A DNA stretch of 64,000 nucleotides from an uncultured cyanobacterium (GTDB lineage: Bacteria; Cyanobacteriota; Cyanobacteriia; PCC-6307; Cyanobiaceae): contig CAVXWZ010000011.1 in NCBI GenBank assembly GCA_963765575.1, forward strand, positions 544,001 to 608,000, in the 5' to 3' direction. Shown one piece after another: positions 34,962 to 44,356 of this stretch. The translations under genes and the position numbers were made by a program. Positions within the stretch are counted from its first letter, which is position 1. The number at the start of each line of letters is the position of its first letter. Below the pieces are notes generated by a model, which saw nothing but the letters and a program-made list of their open reading frames with translations, was not told the DNA's origin and did no database searches.

Positions 34962-35053
34962 ATGGCGTGGATGTGGGTTCGGTCGTCCTGAGAGTGACGC
35001 GCGTGAGCTCCCATCCAGCAGGCCTATTCTGAAGAAAGAATTGGCGGTTCCCC

Positions 35054-35287
35054 ATGGCCCCCGCAGACCCTGACATTGCCAGAGAGCCAGGGTCTGTCGA
35101 CGCAGAGGCTCGGTCGGCTGAAGCCCATGCCGCCGACCCCGGCCATGAGCCGGTGAGCCCCACCGAACTCAACGCCTGGCGGCGTGGCTTCACGCCCCAG
35201 GCTGAGATCTGGAATGGTCGGTTGGCCATGGTGGGCCTCTCGGTGGGACTGACGGTGCTGTTGATCGCCCGCCTGGCCACCCTCTAG
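35054..35287 (+). CDS. hli: High-light-inducible protein (Hli/CAB-like)
   Basis: GFTPQAEIWNGRLAMVG chlorophyll-binding motif. Confidence 0.9.
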   Translation: MAPADPDIAREPGSVDAEARSAEAHAADPGHEPVSPTELNAWRRGFTPQAEIWNGRLAMVGLSVGLTVLLIARLATL

Positions 35288-36438
35288 CCGGTGCGGCCGC
35301 GCAGTGCCTGCAGGAGTTCCCTGGGCTTGAGGCTCTCGGCCAGTGCCTCGTCCGGTCCCACCCGGCCGGCTTCCACCAGGTCCAACAGCGACTGATTGCT
35401 GGTGATCATGCCGTCGAAGCGGCTGCGGCGCATGATCTCCTCCACCTCATCGAGTTCGCCGCGCTGGATGTAGTCCTTGCAGGCGTCGGTGTTGATCAGG
35501 ATGTCCTGGTAAGCGGTGCGTCCGCCATCGGTGGTCCTGATCAGACCCTGGGCGATCACCGCCAGCAACGACTCGGCCACCGCCTGGCGAACGCTCTCCT
35601 GCTCGCTGGGGGGGTGCATGCCCAGCACCCGCTCCACGGTCTTGACGGCGGAGTTGGTGTGCAGGGTGCCCAACACCAGCTGTCCGGTCTGGGAGGCCTC
35701 AATGGCGGTGGCCAGGGTGAGCCGGTCGCGGATCTCGCCGATCAGGATCACATCCGGGTCCTCCCGCATCGACGCCCGCAAGGCGTTGGCGAACTGCATG
35801 GTGTGCAGACCCACCTGACGCTGGCGGATCAGGGACTCGCGGCTCTGGTGGACATATTCGATCGGATCCTCGATCGTCACCACGTGACGGCCCATGTGGC
35901 GGTTGATCCAGTCGACCATCGCCGCCAGGGTGGTGGTCTTGCCGCAGCCGGTGGGTCCCGTCACCAGCACCATCCCCTTGGGTCGGGTGCAGAGCTCCGT
36001 GAGCACGGGGGGCATGCCCAGCTCGTTGAGGCTGGGGATCTCGTGGGGGATCAGCCGCAGCACCATGGCTGGACCGTGCAGGGTGCGGAGCAGGTTGATG
36101 CGCACCCGTGCGAAGGCAAAGGCGTGGGCGCTGTCCAGTTCTTTCTTGCGCTCAAAGCGCTCGATCTCGTCAGGCCCGAGGATTTCGCCCAGCCAGCGCT
36201 GGAACGTGCCCGGGTCGGTGGCCGGCCAGCCTGTGCGCGCCATCATCCCGCGGCAGCGGTAGCGGGGTTCCTCACCCACGCCCAGGTGCAGGTCGGAGTA
36301 GGCGCGCTCGTGGGCCAGGCGCACCATCGCTTCGAGATCGGCGGGCGGGTCGCCGAAGGCCAACGGGGCCGCTGGCAGAGGCGGAGCTCGCAGGGCTGAA
36401 GCCGGCGGCGGTGAGGGGGGCAGCGGCGCGGTCGTCAT
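35284..36438 (-). CDS. pilT: PilT/PilU family ATPase
   Basis: SDLHL, GPTGCGKTTT, TIEDPIEY, REDPDVILIGEIRD and TLHTNS. Confidence 0.88.
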   Translation of the reverse strand: MTTAPLPPSPPPASALRAPPLPAAPLAFGDPPADLEAMVRLAHERAYSDLHLGVGEEPRYRCRGMMARTGWPATDPGTFQRWLGEILGPDEIERFERKKELDSAHAFAFARVRINLLRTLHGPAMVLRLIPHEIPSLNELGMPPVLTELCTRPKGMVLVTGPTGCGKTTTLAAMVDWINRHMGRHVVTIEDPIEYVHQSRESLIRQRQVGLHTMQFANALRASMREDPDVILIGEIRDRLTLATAIEASQTGQLVLGTLHTNSAVKTVERVLGMHPPSEQESVRQAVAESLLAVIAQGLIRTTDGGRTAYQDILINTDACKDYIQRGELDEVEEIMRRSRFDGMITSNQSLLDLVEAGRVGPDEALAESLKPRELLQALRGRTG

Positions 36439-36551
36439 TGAGCAACACCAGTGTGATCTCAGCTTCGCCGCCCTGGCTCTGTCTGTCACCCCAGACCGTC
36501 AGTTGCGGGCGCGCTCCGTAGGATCCGCCCGTTCGCTGCCACCCGCTGCCG

Positions 36552-37667
36552 GTGCCTCAGCCCCTGGTCACGATCGTGCTCGGCACCCGACCCGAGGCGA
36601 TCAAGCTGGCACCGGTGATCCGGGCCTTTCAGGCCGCGCCCGCCTTCCGCACCCGCGTGGTGCTCACCGGCCAGCACCGCGAAATGGTGAGCCAGGTGAT
36701 GGAGCTGTTCGGCCTCACGGCCGACCACGACCTGGCCCTGATGGCGCCGAAGCAGACCCTCACCCACATCACCTGCGCTGCCCTGCAGGGCCTCAAGAAC
36801 GAATTCGCCGCCCATCGACCCGATCTGGTGCTGGTGCAGGGCGACACCACCACCGCCTTCGCCTCGGCCCTGGCGGCGTTCTACGAGCAGATTCCTGTGG
36901 GTCATGTGGAGGCCGGTCTGCGCACCGACAACCTGCTCGACCCCTTCCCCGAGGAGGCCAACCGTCGCCTGATCTCCCAGCTGGCCCAGCTTCATTTCGC
37001 CCCCACCGAGCGCTCGGCGGCCAACTGCCGCGCCTCGGGCGTCGTGGGTGAGGTGCTGGTCACGGGCAACACCGTGATCGACGCCCTGCTGCAGATGGCG
37101 GAGCGGGCACCGGCCTACACCCTGCCGGGCCTGGATTGGCAGGCCCAGCGGGTCATCCTGGCCACGGTGCACCGGCGGGAGAACTGGGGCTCACGTCTGC
37201 TGGAGATCGGCCGGGGGTTCCTGGAGCTGCTGGAGCGCTTCCCCGACGCGGCCCTGCTGCTGCCGCTGCACCGCAACCCCACCGTGCGTGAGCCCCTGCA
37301 GGCCCTGCTGGGCAGCCATCCGCGCGCCTTCCTCACCGAGCCCCTCGACTACGACCAGCTGGTGGCGGCAATGCGGGGCTGCAGCCTGGTGCTCACCGAC
37401 TCCGGTGGCTTGCAGGAGGAGGCCCCGGCCCTGGGCAAGCCGGTGCTGGTGCTGCGCCGCACCACCGAGCGGCCCGAGGCGGTGGACGCCGGCACGGCAA
37501 GGCTGATCGGCACGGCCACGGCGGACATCACCAGCGCAGCCAGCCGTCTGCTCAGTGATGACGACGCCTACGACGCCATGGCCCGGGCCCACAATCCCTT
37601 CGGTGACGGCCAGGCCAGCGGTCGCATCGTGGCGGCGGCCCGGCGTTTTCTCGGCGTTGCCGCCTGA
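36552..37667 (+). CDS. wecB: UDP-N-acetylglucosamine 2-epimerase (non-hydrolysing)
   Basis: GTRPEAIK, QGDT, HVEAGLR, PEEANR, DSGGLQEE and NPFGDG. Confidence 0.96.
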   Translation: MPQPLVTIVLGTRPEAIKLAPVIRAFQAAPAFRTRVVLTGQHREMVSQVMELFGLTADHDLALMAPKQTLTHITCAALQGLKNEFAAHRPDLVLVQGDTTTAFASALAAFYEQIPVGHVEAGLRTDNLLDPFPEEANRRLISQLAQLHFAPTERSAANCRASGVVGEVLVTGNTVIDALLQMAERAPAYTLPGLDWQAQRVILATVHRRENWGSRLLEIGRGFLELLERFPDAALLLPLHRNPTVREPLQALLGSHPRAFLTEPLDYDQLVAAMRGCSLVLTDSGGLQEEAPALGKPVLVLRRTTERPEAVDAGTARLIGTATADITSAASRLLSDDDAYDAMARAHNPFGDGQASGRIVAAARRFLGVAA

Positions 37668-37673
37668 AGCCGC

Positions 37674-38831
37674 TCAGCGGCTGCGGTCGGACCAGGGCGG
37701 CAGGTCGATGAACACCCGGGTGCCGGGCTCCAGCCCGGAGAGGATCTCGGTGTCGCGGCCGCTGCTGATGCCCAGTTCCACCGGCTGAAACAGGGGCTGA
37801 CGGTCGTCGTCCACGAGCAGCACCCCGGGGCGCCCCTCCTCGGTGACGATCGCCACGGTGGGCACCAGGGTCTGGGCCTGCACGGCGCCGGTCTGGAAGC
37901 CCACATCGGCGGTCATGCCGATGCGCAGATCGGGTTGGCGCTCCAGAAAGTCCAGATACACATCGAAGGAGGTGACGTTGTTGAGCTTCACAGCCCGCGG
38001 GGTGATCCGCTTCACCCGCACGGCGAAGCTGCGCTCGGGAAAGGCATCCACGCGTACCTGGGCCTGCTGGCCCTCGCGGATCCGGCCGATGTCGCTTTCG
38101 GGCACCTTGGCCACCACCTCCAGCCCCTGGGACAACTCCACGATGGAAGAACTGGTGGCGCCGGCGACGGCGGCGGCGGTGGTCGTGGGGGTGACGAAAG
38201 AGCCCGGATCAGCGAAGCGCTGGGTGATCACGCCATCGAAGGGGGCGCGCACGATCAGTTCGTCCTTCTCCACCCGGCGGGCCGCGAGCCGCTGGCGGGC
38301 CGCCTGCACAGCCGCGATGTCCACCTCAAAGGTGCTGCGCACGGTATTGAAGTCGCTGAGGCTGATGGCGCGCTCTCGGAACAGCCGCTCATTGCGCTCC
38401 ACCTCGCTGCGGCTGCGCACCAGCTGGGCCTCGGCGGAGCGCACCTGGGCCTGCAGTTCACGGATCCTTTCGTTCAGGTCACCGTCGTCCATGCGGGCCA
38501 GGGGCTGGCCCCGATTCACGATGTCCCCCTCCTCCACGAACAGCTCCTCCAGCACCCCCTGGCGCTTGGGACTGACGTTCACCCGCTGCTCGGCCTCCAG
38601 CTCCCCGGAGGCGCTCACCACGCCCGGCAACTCTCCGGAGCTGGCCAGCACCGTGTAGGGGCCGAGGTCGGCCTGCCGGGCGCCACGCTGGCGTTGCCAC
38701 AGGCCCACGGCAACCACCATCACCACCACGGCGGTGATGGCCGCCCACAGCCGGCGCTGTCGCCAGGGCGGCGCTGGCTGCGGTGCGCGCAAGGGCGTGG
38801 GGCTGGTGGGGGGGGGAGCGCTGGGCGCCAC
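37674..38831 (-). CDS. Efflux periplasmic adaptor (membrane fusion protein, HlyD/MacA-like)
   Basis: N-terminal TM, V.EGD.V..GQ.LA lipoyl half-motif, RAPFDG and VPESDIG. Confidence 0.88.
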   Translation of the reverse strand: MAPSAPPPTSPTPLRAPQPAPPWRQRRLWAAITAVVVMVVAVGLWQRQRGARQADLGPYTVLASSGELPGVVSASGELEAEQRVNVSPKRQGVLEELFVEEGDIVNRGQPLARMDDGDLNERIRELQAQVRSAEAQLVRSRSEVERNERLFRERAISLSDFNTVRSTFEVDIAAVQAARQRLAARRVEKDELIVRAPFDGVITQRFADPGSFVTPTTTAAAVAGATSSSIVELSQGLEVVAKVPESDIGRIREGQQAQVRVDAFPERSFAVRVKRITPRAVKLNNVTSFDVYLDFLERQPDLRIGMTADVGFQTGAVQAQTLVPTVAIVTEEGRPGVLLVDDDRQPLFQPVELGISSGRDTEILSGLEPGTRVFIDLPPWSDRSR

Positions 38832-38971
38832 CCGACGCAGGGGGCTGGGGGCGGGAATCGGGCTGCATGCCGCTGATCCCAGTTTCGCGGTTGGGCTTCA
38901 CTGGCGGCGAGTCCTGCCCCTGCCGCTGAGCGCGCAGTCGCCGTTGGCCGGGCGCTCCGTAGATTCCAGCC

Positions 38972-40063
38972 ATGCTCAAAGCCGGAATCGTCGGGTTGCC
39001 CAACGTGGGCAAATCCACCCTCTTCAACGCCCTCGTGGCCAACGCCCAGGCGGAGGCCGCCAACTATCCCTTCTGCACGATCGAGCCCAACTCGGGGGTG
39101 GTGGCGGTCCCCGACCCGCGCCTGGACCAACTCACGGCCCTCAGTGCCAGCCGGGAGACCGTCCCCACGCGGGTTGAGTTCGTGGACATCGCCGGGTTGG
39201 TCAAGGGTGCCAGCCAGGGTGAAGGGCTGGGCAACAAGTTTCTGGCCAACATCCGCGAGGTGGATGCCATCGTCCACGTGGTGCGCTGTTTCGACAACGA
39301 CGACGTGATCCACGTGTCGGGATCGGTGGATCCGCTGCGCGACGCCGAAGTGATCAACCTGGAGCTGGGCCTGGCCGACCTCAGCCAGGTGGAGAAGCGT
39401 CGCGATCGCCTCAAGAAACAGGTGCGCACGAGCCAGGAGGCCCAGGCTGAAGATGCGGCCCTGGAGCGCATCCAGCTGGTGCTGGAGGCTGGTGGCGCCG
39501 CCCGCAGCGTCACCCTGGCCCCGGAGGAGGCCGCAGCGATCCGGCCCCTGGGGCTGCTCTCCGCCAAGCCGATCATCTATGCCACCAACGTCAGTGAGGA
39601 CGACCTCGCCGGTGGCAACGGCCACACCGAGGCGGTGGTGGCACTCGCCGCCCGCGAAGGTGCCGCCGTGGTGCGCATCTCCGCCCAGGTGGAGGCCGAG
39701 CTGATCGAGCTGCCGGAGGAGGATCGGGCCGAGTTTCTGGCCGGGCTGGGTGTGGAGGAGGGCGGACTGCAAAGCCTGATCCGCGCCACCTACGGCCTGC
39801 TGGGCCTGCGCACCTACTTCACCACCGGCGAAAAGGAGACCCGCGCCTGGACGATCACAGCCGGCATGACCGCACCCCAGGCCGCCGGGGTGATTCACAC
39901 CGACTTTGAGCGGGGCTTCATCCGCGCCCAGACGATCGGCTGCGGGCAGCTGCTGGAGGCCGGATCCCTGGCCGCGGCCCGCCAGCGGGGCTGGCTGCGG
40001 GCCGAGGGCAAGGACTACGTGGTGGCGGAAGGCGACGTGATGGAGTTCCTGTTCAACGTGTGA
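38972..40063 (+). CDS. ychF: Ribosome-binding ATPase YchF
   Basis: [27 protein letters not shown] and TGS domain [10 protein letters not shown]. Confidence 0.97.
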   Translation: MLKAGIVGLPNVGKSTLFNALVANAQAEAANYPFCTIEPNSGVVAVPDPRLDQLTALSASRETVPTRVEFVDIAGLVKGASQGEGLGNKFLANIREVDAIVHVVRCFDNDDVIHVSGSVDPLRDAEVINLELGLADLSQVEKRRDRLKKQVRTSQEAQAEDAALERIQLVLEAGGAARSVTLAPEEAAAIRPLGLLSAKPIIYATNVSEDDLAGGNGHTEAVVALAAREGAAVVRISAQVEAELIELPEEDRAEFLAGLGVEEGGLQSLIRATYGLLGLRTYFTTGEKETRAWTITAGMTAPQAAGVIHTDFERGFIRAQTIGCGQLLEAGSLAAARQRGWLRAEGKDYVVAEGDVMEFLFNV

Positions 40064-40353
40064 TGCTGGAGAGAGCCGCCACCGTCGGGATGACCGCGCA
40101 GCAGCCCTCCCCTTTCCCCAGCGCCGAGAACTCCTCCCAGGGGGAGCAGCCATCCAAGGGTCAGCAGCCATCCCAGGGTCAGCAGCCATCCCAGGGCCTG
40201 CCCCATGATTTCGACGTGCAGAAAGACCTGCACCGCCAGATCCGCAATGACCCCGACTACGACGACTGGGAGTACGGCACCGAACCCCTGCCCCATGAGG
40301 CCTGGGTCAAGCGCCAGGACGCGGACCGGTCGCGTGCTGATTCCGGGGCCTGA
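40063..40353 (+). CDS. Small hypothetical protein with SQGQQP repeats and acidic-aromatic C-terminal motif
   Basis: TGATG overlap with the ychF stop (alternative ATG at 40090) and GC3-biased codons. Confidence 0.6.
   Translation: MLERAATVGMTAQQPSPFPSAENSSQGEQPSKGQQPSQGQQPSQGLPHDFDVQKDLHRQIRNDPDYDDWEYGTEPLPHEAWVKRQDADRSRADSGA
40135..40197. repeat. 18-bp tandem repeat x3.5 (TCCCAGGGTCAGCAGCCA)
   Basis: Units start at 40135, 40153 and 40171, with a partial unit at 40189. Confidence 0.88.
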
Positions 40354-41566
40354 TCCATCCCAGCAGCAGCAGCCCACTGGCACAGAGTGCCGCCATCACG
40401 AGCCAGAGGCTGGCGCCATGGCCCTGGCCGTCCAGTGCCAGCCCCGCCAGCGGTGGGGCAATCAGGGCACTGATGGCGAAACACTGGGAGAACAGCGCCA
40501 TCGCTACGCCCTGATGCTCCTCCGGGGTGATCTCGATCACCGCCTCGGTGGCGATGGGCAGGAAGGCCGCCTGGCCCACGGCCAGGGGCAACTGGGCCAC
40601 CACCACCAGCCACACCCCGCCCACCAGCAGGGCGGAGAGTGAGAGCAGGGCCGTGCCCACGGCGAAGCTCGCCAGGCTGAGAGCCAGACCCATCGCCACC
40701 GGCCGCCGCGCCAGGGTTCGGCCCAGGGGCCACTGGATCAGCACCAGCAGGCCCAGTTGCAGGCCGATCAGCAGGGCCCCCAGGCTCTCGGGCAGCGCCC
40801 CGCGCCGCAGCCCACCGCGCACCAGATCCAGCGGCAGGGCGCTCTGCATCAGGGCCGGAACGGAGGTGGCCAGCAAAGCGATGGCCAGCACCGGCAGCAG
40901 CGCCTGCAGCCACGGCCCCCAGCGCCGTGTCCCGGCACCCGGCGCCCGGCGATGGGGATCGGGAAGGGGCCGCAGCACCAGCAGCAGCACCATGACGCTG
41001 AGGCAGGCGATGTCGAGCAGGTAGACGCCCCGCAGCAGGCCCACGGCCGCCAGGACCGCCCCCAGCAGGGCTCCGCAGGCGATGCCGGTGGCATCGGCGC
41101 TGCGCACCAGGGCAAAGCCGCGGGCTGAGGGGATCGGCGCCGGTCCCGTGGAGCAGCTCAGGGGCACGGCCAGCTCGATCGCCGGCCAGTAGAAGCCCAT
41201 GGAGATGCCCAGCAGGAGCTGACCGAGCAGGTAGCCGGGAAACTCCCGGGCGCCGAACAGGGTGGTGTCGGCGGCCAGCGACAGCAGGGCCGCCAGCAGC
41301 ACCGGCAGGGAGCAGTTCAGCCCCCGGTCCAGCAGCAGCCCGCAGAGAAAGCGCCCCAGCGTTCCGGCCAGGGCGGCCAGGGCCAGCCCCTGGGTGACGC
41401 TGGTGGCGCTGAAGGCCTCCTGGTGAAACACCATGGGCGTGAGGTAGAGCACCCCCCCGGCTCCGATGGAGCCCACCAGCCGCAGCAGCGCCACCTCGCG
41501 CAGGGCGGGGGGAAACTGGGAACACCAGCGCCGGATCCCCACTTCAGGTGGACGGGCCGCATCCAT
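40307..41566 (-). CDS. MFS transporter
   Basis: About 12 hydrophobic segments and an MFS motif-A-like GLLLDRG. Start uncertain. Confidence 0.85.
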   Translation of the reverse strand: MDAARPPEVGIRRWCSQFPPALREVALLRLVGSIGAGGVLYLTPMVFHQEAFSATSVTQGLALAALAGTLGRFLCGLLLDRGLNCSLPVLLAALLSLAADTTLFGAREFPGYLLGQLLLGISMGFYWPAIELAVPLSCSTGPAPIPSARGFALVRSADATGIACGALLGAVLAAVGLLRGVYLLDIACLSVMVLLLVLRPLPDPHRRAPGAGTRRWGPWLQALLPVLAIALLATSVPALMQSALPLDLVRGGLRRGALPESLGALLIGLQLGLLVLIQWPLGRTLARRPVAMGLALSLASFAVGTALLSLSALLVGGVWLVVVAQLPLAVGQAAFLPIATEAVIEITPEEHQGVAMALFSQCFAISALIAPPLAGLALDGQGHGASLWLVMAALCASGLLLLGWIRPRNQHATGPRPGA

Positions 41567-41658
41567 GGCCGCCCGCCCATCCTCCAGCCCGGCCTCCGCC
41601 CTGTTCCCCCTGTCCCCCGCCTGTCCAGCCGCCTCGGCGTCCGCCCGTTCACCAGCCC

Positions 41659-43380
41659 TTGCCAAACCGTCGCCGCCTGTCCGGGTTGCTCGCCAGTCTG
41701 CTGGTGCTGCTACCCGTTGGCGGCCTGCCGCCGGCCCGGGCGGTGGAGGAGCTGGTGGTGCGCCTCGATGGCCTGGAGCTGCCGATCGATCTGCACGATC
41801 TGGATGCCTGGAGCCGCGATCCCACCCGCGTCAACAGCGACCAGGCCCAGTGGCTCAACCTGCTGGATGGCCGCTCCCGCCAGGGCTTGATCCGACTGTT
41901 GCGGGCGCCGCTGCTGAACGACCGCAGCTTCGCCACTGAACTGCTGGCCAGCTGGACCGGCGAGCAGATGCTGCGGCAGGTGGGGGGGCTGCTCACCGGC
42001 CCTCGGGGCGAGAGCACGGCGCCGCTGCTGATGGACAACCTGCGCCGGCTGTTCGAGCGCCAGACGTCGGTCACCGCCCTGGAAGTGCTGCGCGAACTGC
42101 CGGTCCGGCAGGTGACGCTGCAGGTCGATGGGGTGCTGGAGCTGGCGCAACACTGGCGTGAACTGCTGCAGTACCAGAAGCGTGCCGTGGCCCAGCTGCG
42201 CACGCTGGCGCTGCCGCTGCGCCTGTCCCGCCCGCTGCTGGTGGGGCGCCCCAGCGACCGCCCCCGTCGGCCCCAGCGCCTGCAGCTCAACGTGGCCCAC
42301 CGGCCGTCGCCGCTGCCGATCGACCTCTGGTCCGCCCGCGGCCCCGCCCGATCCGAGTCCCGACCCTGGCTGCTGCTGATGCCGGGTCTGGGCGGCAACA
42401 GCAGCCAGCTCAACTGGCTGGCGTCGGCGCTGGCGGAGCAGGGCTGGCCGGTGCTGGTGCTCGAGCATCCCGGCAGCGATGAACAGGCGGTGAAGGCGTC
42501 GCTGCTGGGGGAGGGGCCGCCGCCGGGGGCCGAATCGGTGCCCCTGCGGCTGGCGGACCTGCAGGCGGTGCTCAGCGCCCGCGCCGAAGAGCGCCTGCCG
42601 GCGCTGGGGCCTGACGGAGCCGGCGACGCCGGGGTGGTGCTGATGGGACATTCCCTTGGCGGTCTGGTGGCCCTGATGGCGGCCGGCCTGCTGCCACAGC
42701 AGGGACTCTCCGCCCGCTGCCAGCAGGCCCTGTCCTCGCTGCCGCTCACCAACCTCTCGCGGCTGCTGCAGTGCCAGCTGCCGGCCATCACCGGCGACGG
42801 CAGCCCCCGGCGGCCGGCGGCCGCTGAGGCGCAGGCTCCGCAGATGGCCGGCACCCCCCTGCTGGCGGTGGTGACGTTCAACGGCTTCGGCAGCCTGCTC
42901 TGGCCCGATGGGGGCCTGGCCGACCTGCCCGTGCCCGTGCTGATGGCGGGGGGGAGCCTCGATCTGATCACCCCGCCCGTGCAGGAGCAACTCAGCCTGC
43001 TGAGCGGCAGCCGCCATCCCCGCAGCCGTCTGGTGCTGGTGGATGGGGCAAGCCACTTCTCACCGGTGCATCTGAAGGCCGATGACGAAGCCCTCTTCAG
43101 CCTGGGGGAGGACTTCGTGGGGGAGGATCCGCAGCTGGTGCAGGAGCTGCTGCTGCAACTCACGATCGAGTTTCTGGAATCGGCCCGCCACCAGTCCCTG
43201 CTGATGCCCCAGCGCCGCCGCCATGGCGGTGTGGAGGCCTACGTGCTTGACCCGGAGGGTGCCCGGCGCTGGCAGCGCCGCCTGCCGCCCAGCCCGCGAC
43301 CGCTGCGGGCGGGTCCGCCGCTGCTCAGAACCGGATCCTCGGATCCAGCAGCGCCACCAGCAGATCCACCACCACCGTGA
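41659..43380 (+). CDS. DUF1400-containing alpha/beta hydrolase
   Basis: Signal peptide ending ARA, PGLGG oxyanion loop, EHPGSD, GHSLGG nucleophile elbow and SHFS. Start approximate. Confidence 0.82.
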   Translation: MPNRRRLSGLLASLLVLLPVGGLPPARAVEELVVRLDGLELPIDLHDLDAWSRDPTRVNSDQAQWLNLLDGRSRQGLIRLLRAPLLNDRSFATELLASWTGEQMLRQVGGLLTGPRGESTAPLLMDNLRRLFERQTSVTALEVLRELPVRQVTLQVDGVLELAQHWRELLQYQKRAVAQLRTLALPLRLSRPLLVGRPSDRPRRPQRLQLNVAHRPSPLPIDLWSARGPARSESRPWLLLMPGLGGNSSQLNWLASALAEQGWPVLVLEHPGSDEQAVKASLLGEGPPPGAESVPLRLADLQAVLSARAEERLPALGPDGAGDAGVVLMGHSLGGLVALMAAGLLPQQGLSARCQQALSSLPLTNLSRLLQCQLPAITGDGSPRRPAAAEAQAPQMAGTPLLAVVTFNGFGSLLWPDGGLADLPVPVLMAGGSLDLITPPVQEQLSLLSGSRHPRSRLVLVDGASHFSPVHLKADDEALFSLGEDFVGEDPQLVQELLLQLTIEFLESARHQSLLMPQRRRHGGVEAYVLDPEGARRWQRRLPPSPRPLRAGPPLLRTGSSDPAAPPADPPPP

Positions 43381-44356
43381 CCAGCACCACCAGGGCGGCC
43401 ACCACCACCACAATGCCCTGCACCAGCGGGTAATCACGCTGCGCGATCGCCTCCTGCAGGCGTGCGGCGATGCCCGGCCAGGAGTAGGTGACCTCGATCA
43501 GCAGGGCCCCTCCGATCAGCGAGGCCACGGTGATGCCGGTGATCGTGAGCACCGGCAGCAGGGCATTGGGCAGGGCATGGCGCAGGACCACCCGGGCCTC
43601 CCCGAGGCCGCGGCTGCGGGCCGCCTCGACGTAGTCGGAGGCCAGGGCCCGGCGCAGGTTGAGCCGCAGCGCGTTGGTGAAGATCCCGCTCAGCAGCAGC
43701 GCCAGGGTGCCGGCCGGCAACAGCAGGTGGCGGATGGTGCCGCTGAGTTGCTGCCATTCCCCCCGGCTCAGGCCGCTGCGCAGGCTCTCGAACAGGTAGA
43801 AGCCGGAGCCCTGGGGTGGCAGCAACGTGGGTGGGAAGCGGCCTCCCACCGGCAACCAGCCCAGCCAGACGGCAAAGATCAGCTGCACCACCATCGCTGC
43901 CCAGAAGGGCGGCAGGGCGTAGGTACCGATGCCGTAGAGCCGGCCGGCGAGATCGAGCTTGCCTTCCGGCCGGGCGATGCCGGAAAAGCCCACCGCCAGC
44001 CCCAGCACCGCGGCCAGCAGCAGGGCCGTCAGTCCCAGCTCCATGGAGGCCGGCAGGCTCTGGCCGATGATCCGGCTCACCGGTTCCTGGTTGTTGAGCG
44101 ATTCGCCCAGATCGCCGCGCAGGAGATCCAGCAGAAAGTTCCCGTACTGCTGCAGCAGGGGCTGGTCCAGGCCCAGCCGGCTGCGCAGGGCGGCCCGGGC
44201 CGCCTCCGGGGCACGGGTGCCGAGCACCGCATCCACCGGGTCGCCGGGGGCCACCCGCAGCAGGAGAAACACCAGGCTGGCGATCAGCCACAGCATCACC
44301 GGCACCAGCGCCAGGCGAGCGGCCAGGTAGCGGGCCAGGGCGCGGCGACGACTCAT
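43325..44356 (-). CDS. Peptide/nickel ABC transporter permease (DppB/OppB-like)
   Basis: PGDP, LGLDQPL..QY, GDLG.S, EAARSRGL, HALPNA and RDYPLVQG. Confidence 0.92.
   Translation of the reverse strand: MSRRRALARYLAARLALVPVMLWLIASLVFLLLRVAPGDPVDAVLGTRAPEAARAALRSRLGLDQPLLQQYGNFLLDLLRGDLGESLNNQEPVSRIIGQSLPASMELGLTALLLAAVLGLAVGFSGIARPEGKLDLAGRLYGIGTYALPPFWAAMVVQLIFAVWLGWLPVGGRFPPTLLPPQGSGFYLFESLRSGLSRGEWQQLSGTIRHLLLPAGTLALLLSGIFTNALRLNLRRALASDYVEAARSRGLGEARVVLRHALPNALLPVLTITGITVASLIGGALLIEVTYSWPGIAARLQEAIAQRDYPLVQGIVVVVAALVVLVTVVVDLLVALLDPRIRF

Noticed and set aside
36440..36550. Possible cobalamin or c-di-AMP riboswitch upstream of pilT (CCCGCAACTG...GAGCCAG and small hairpins)
   Set aside because: The other conserved elements (GGGAA, CGGTG, full B12 box) are missing. 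The 113-nt spacer must also hold divergent promoters, including a TAGGAT -10 for wecB.
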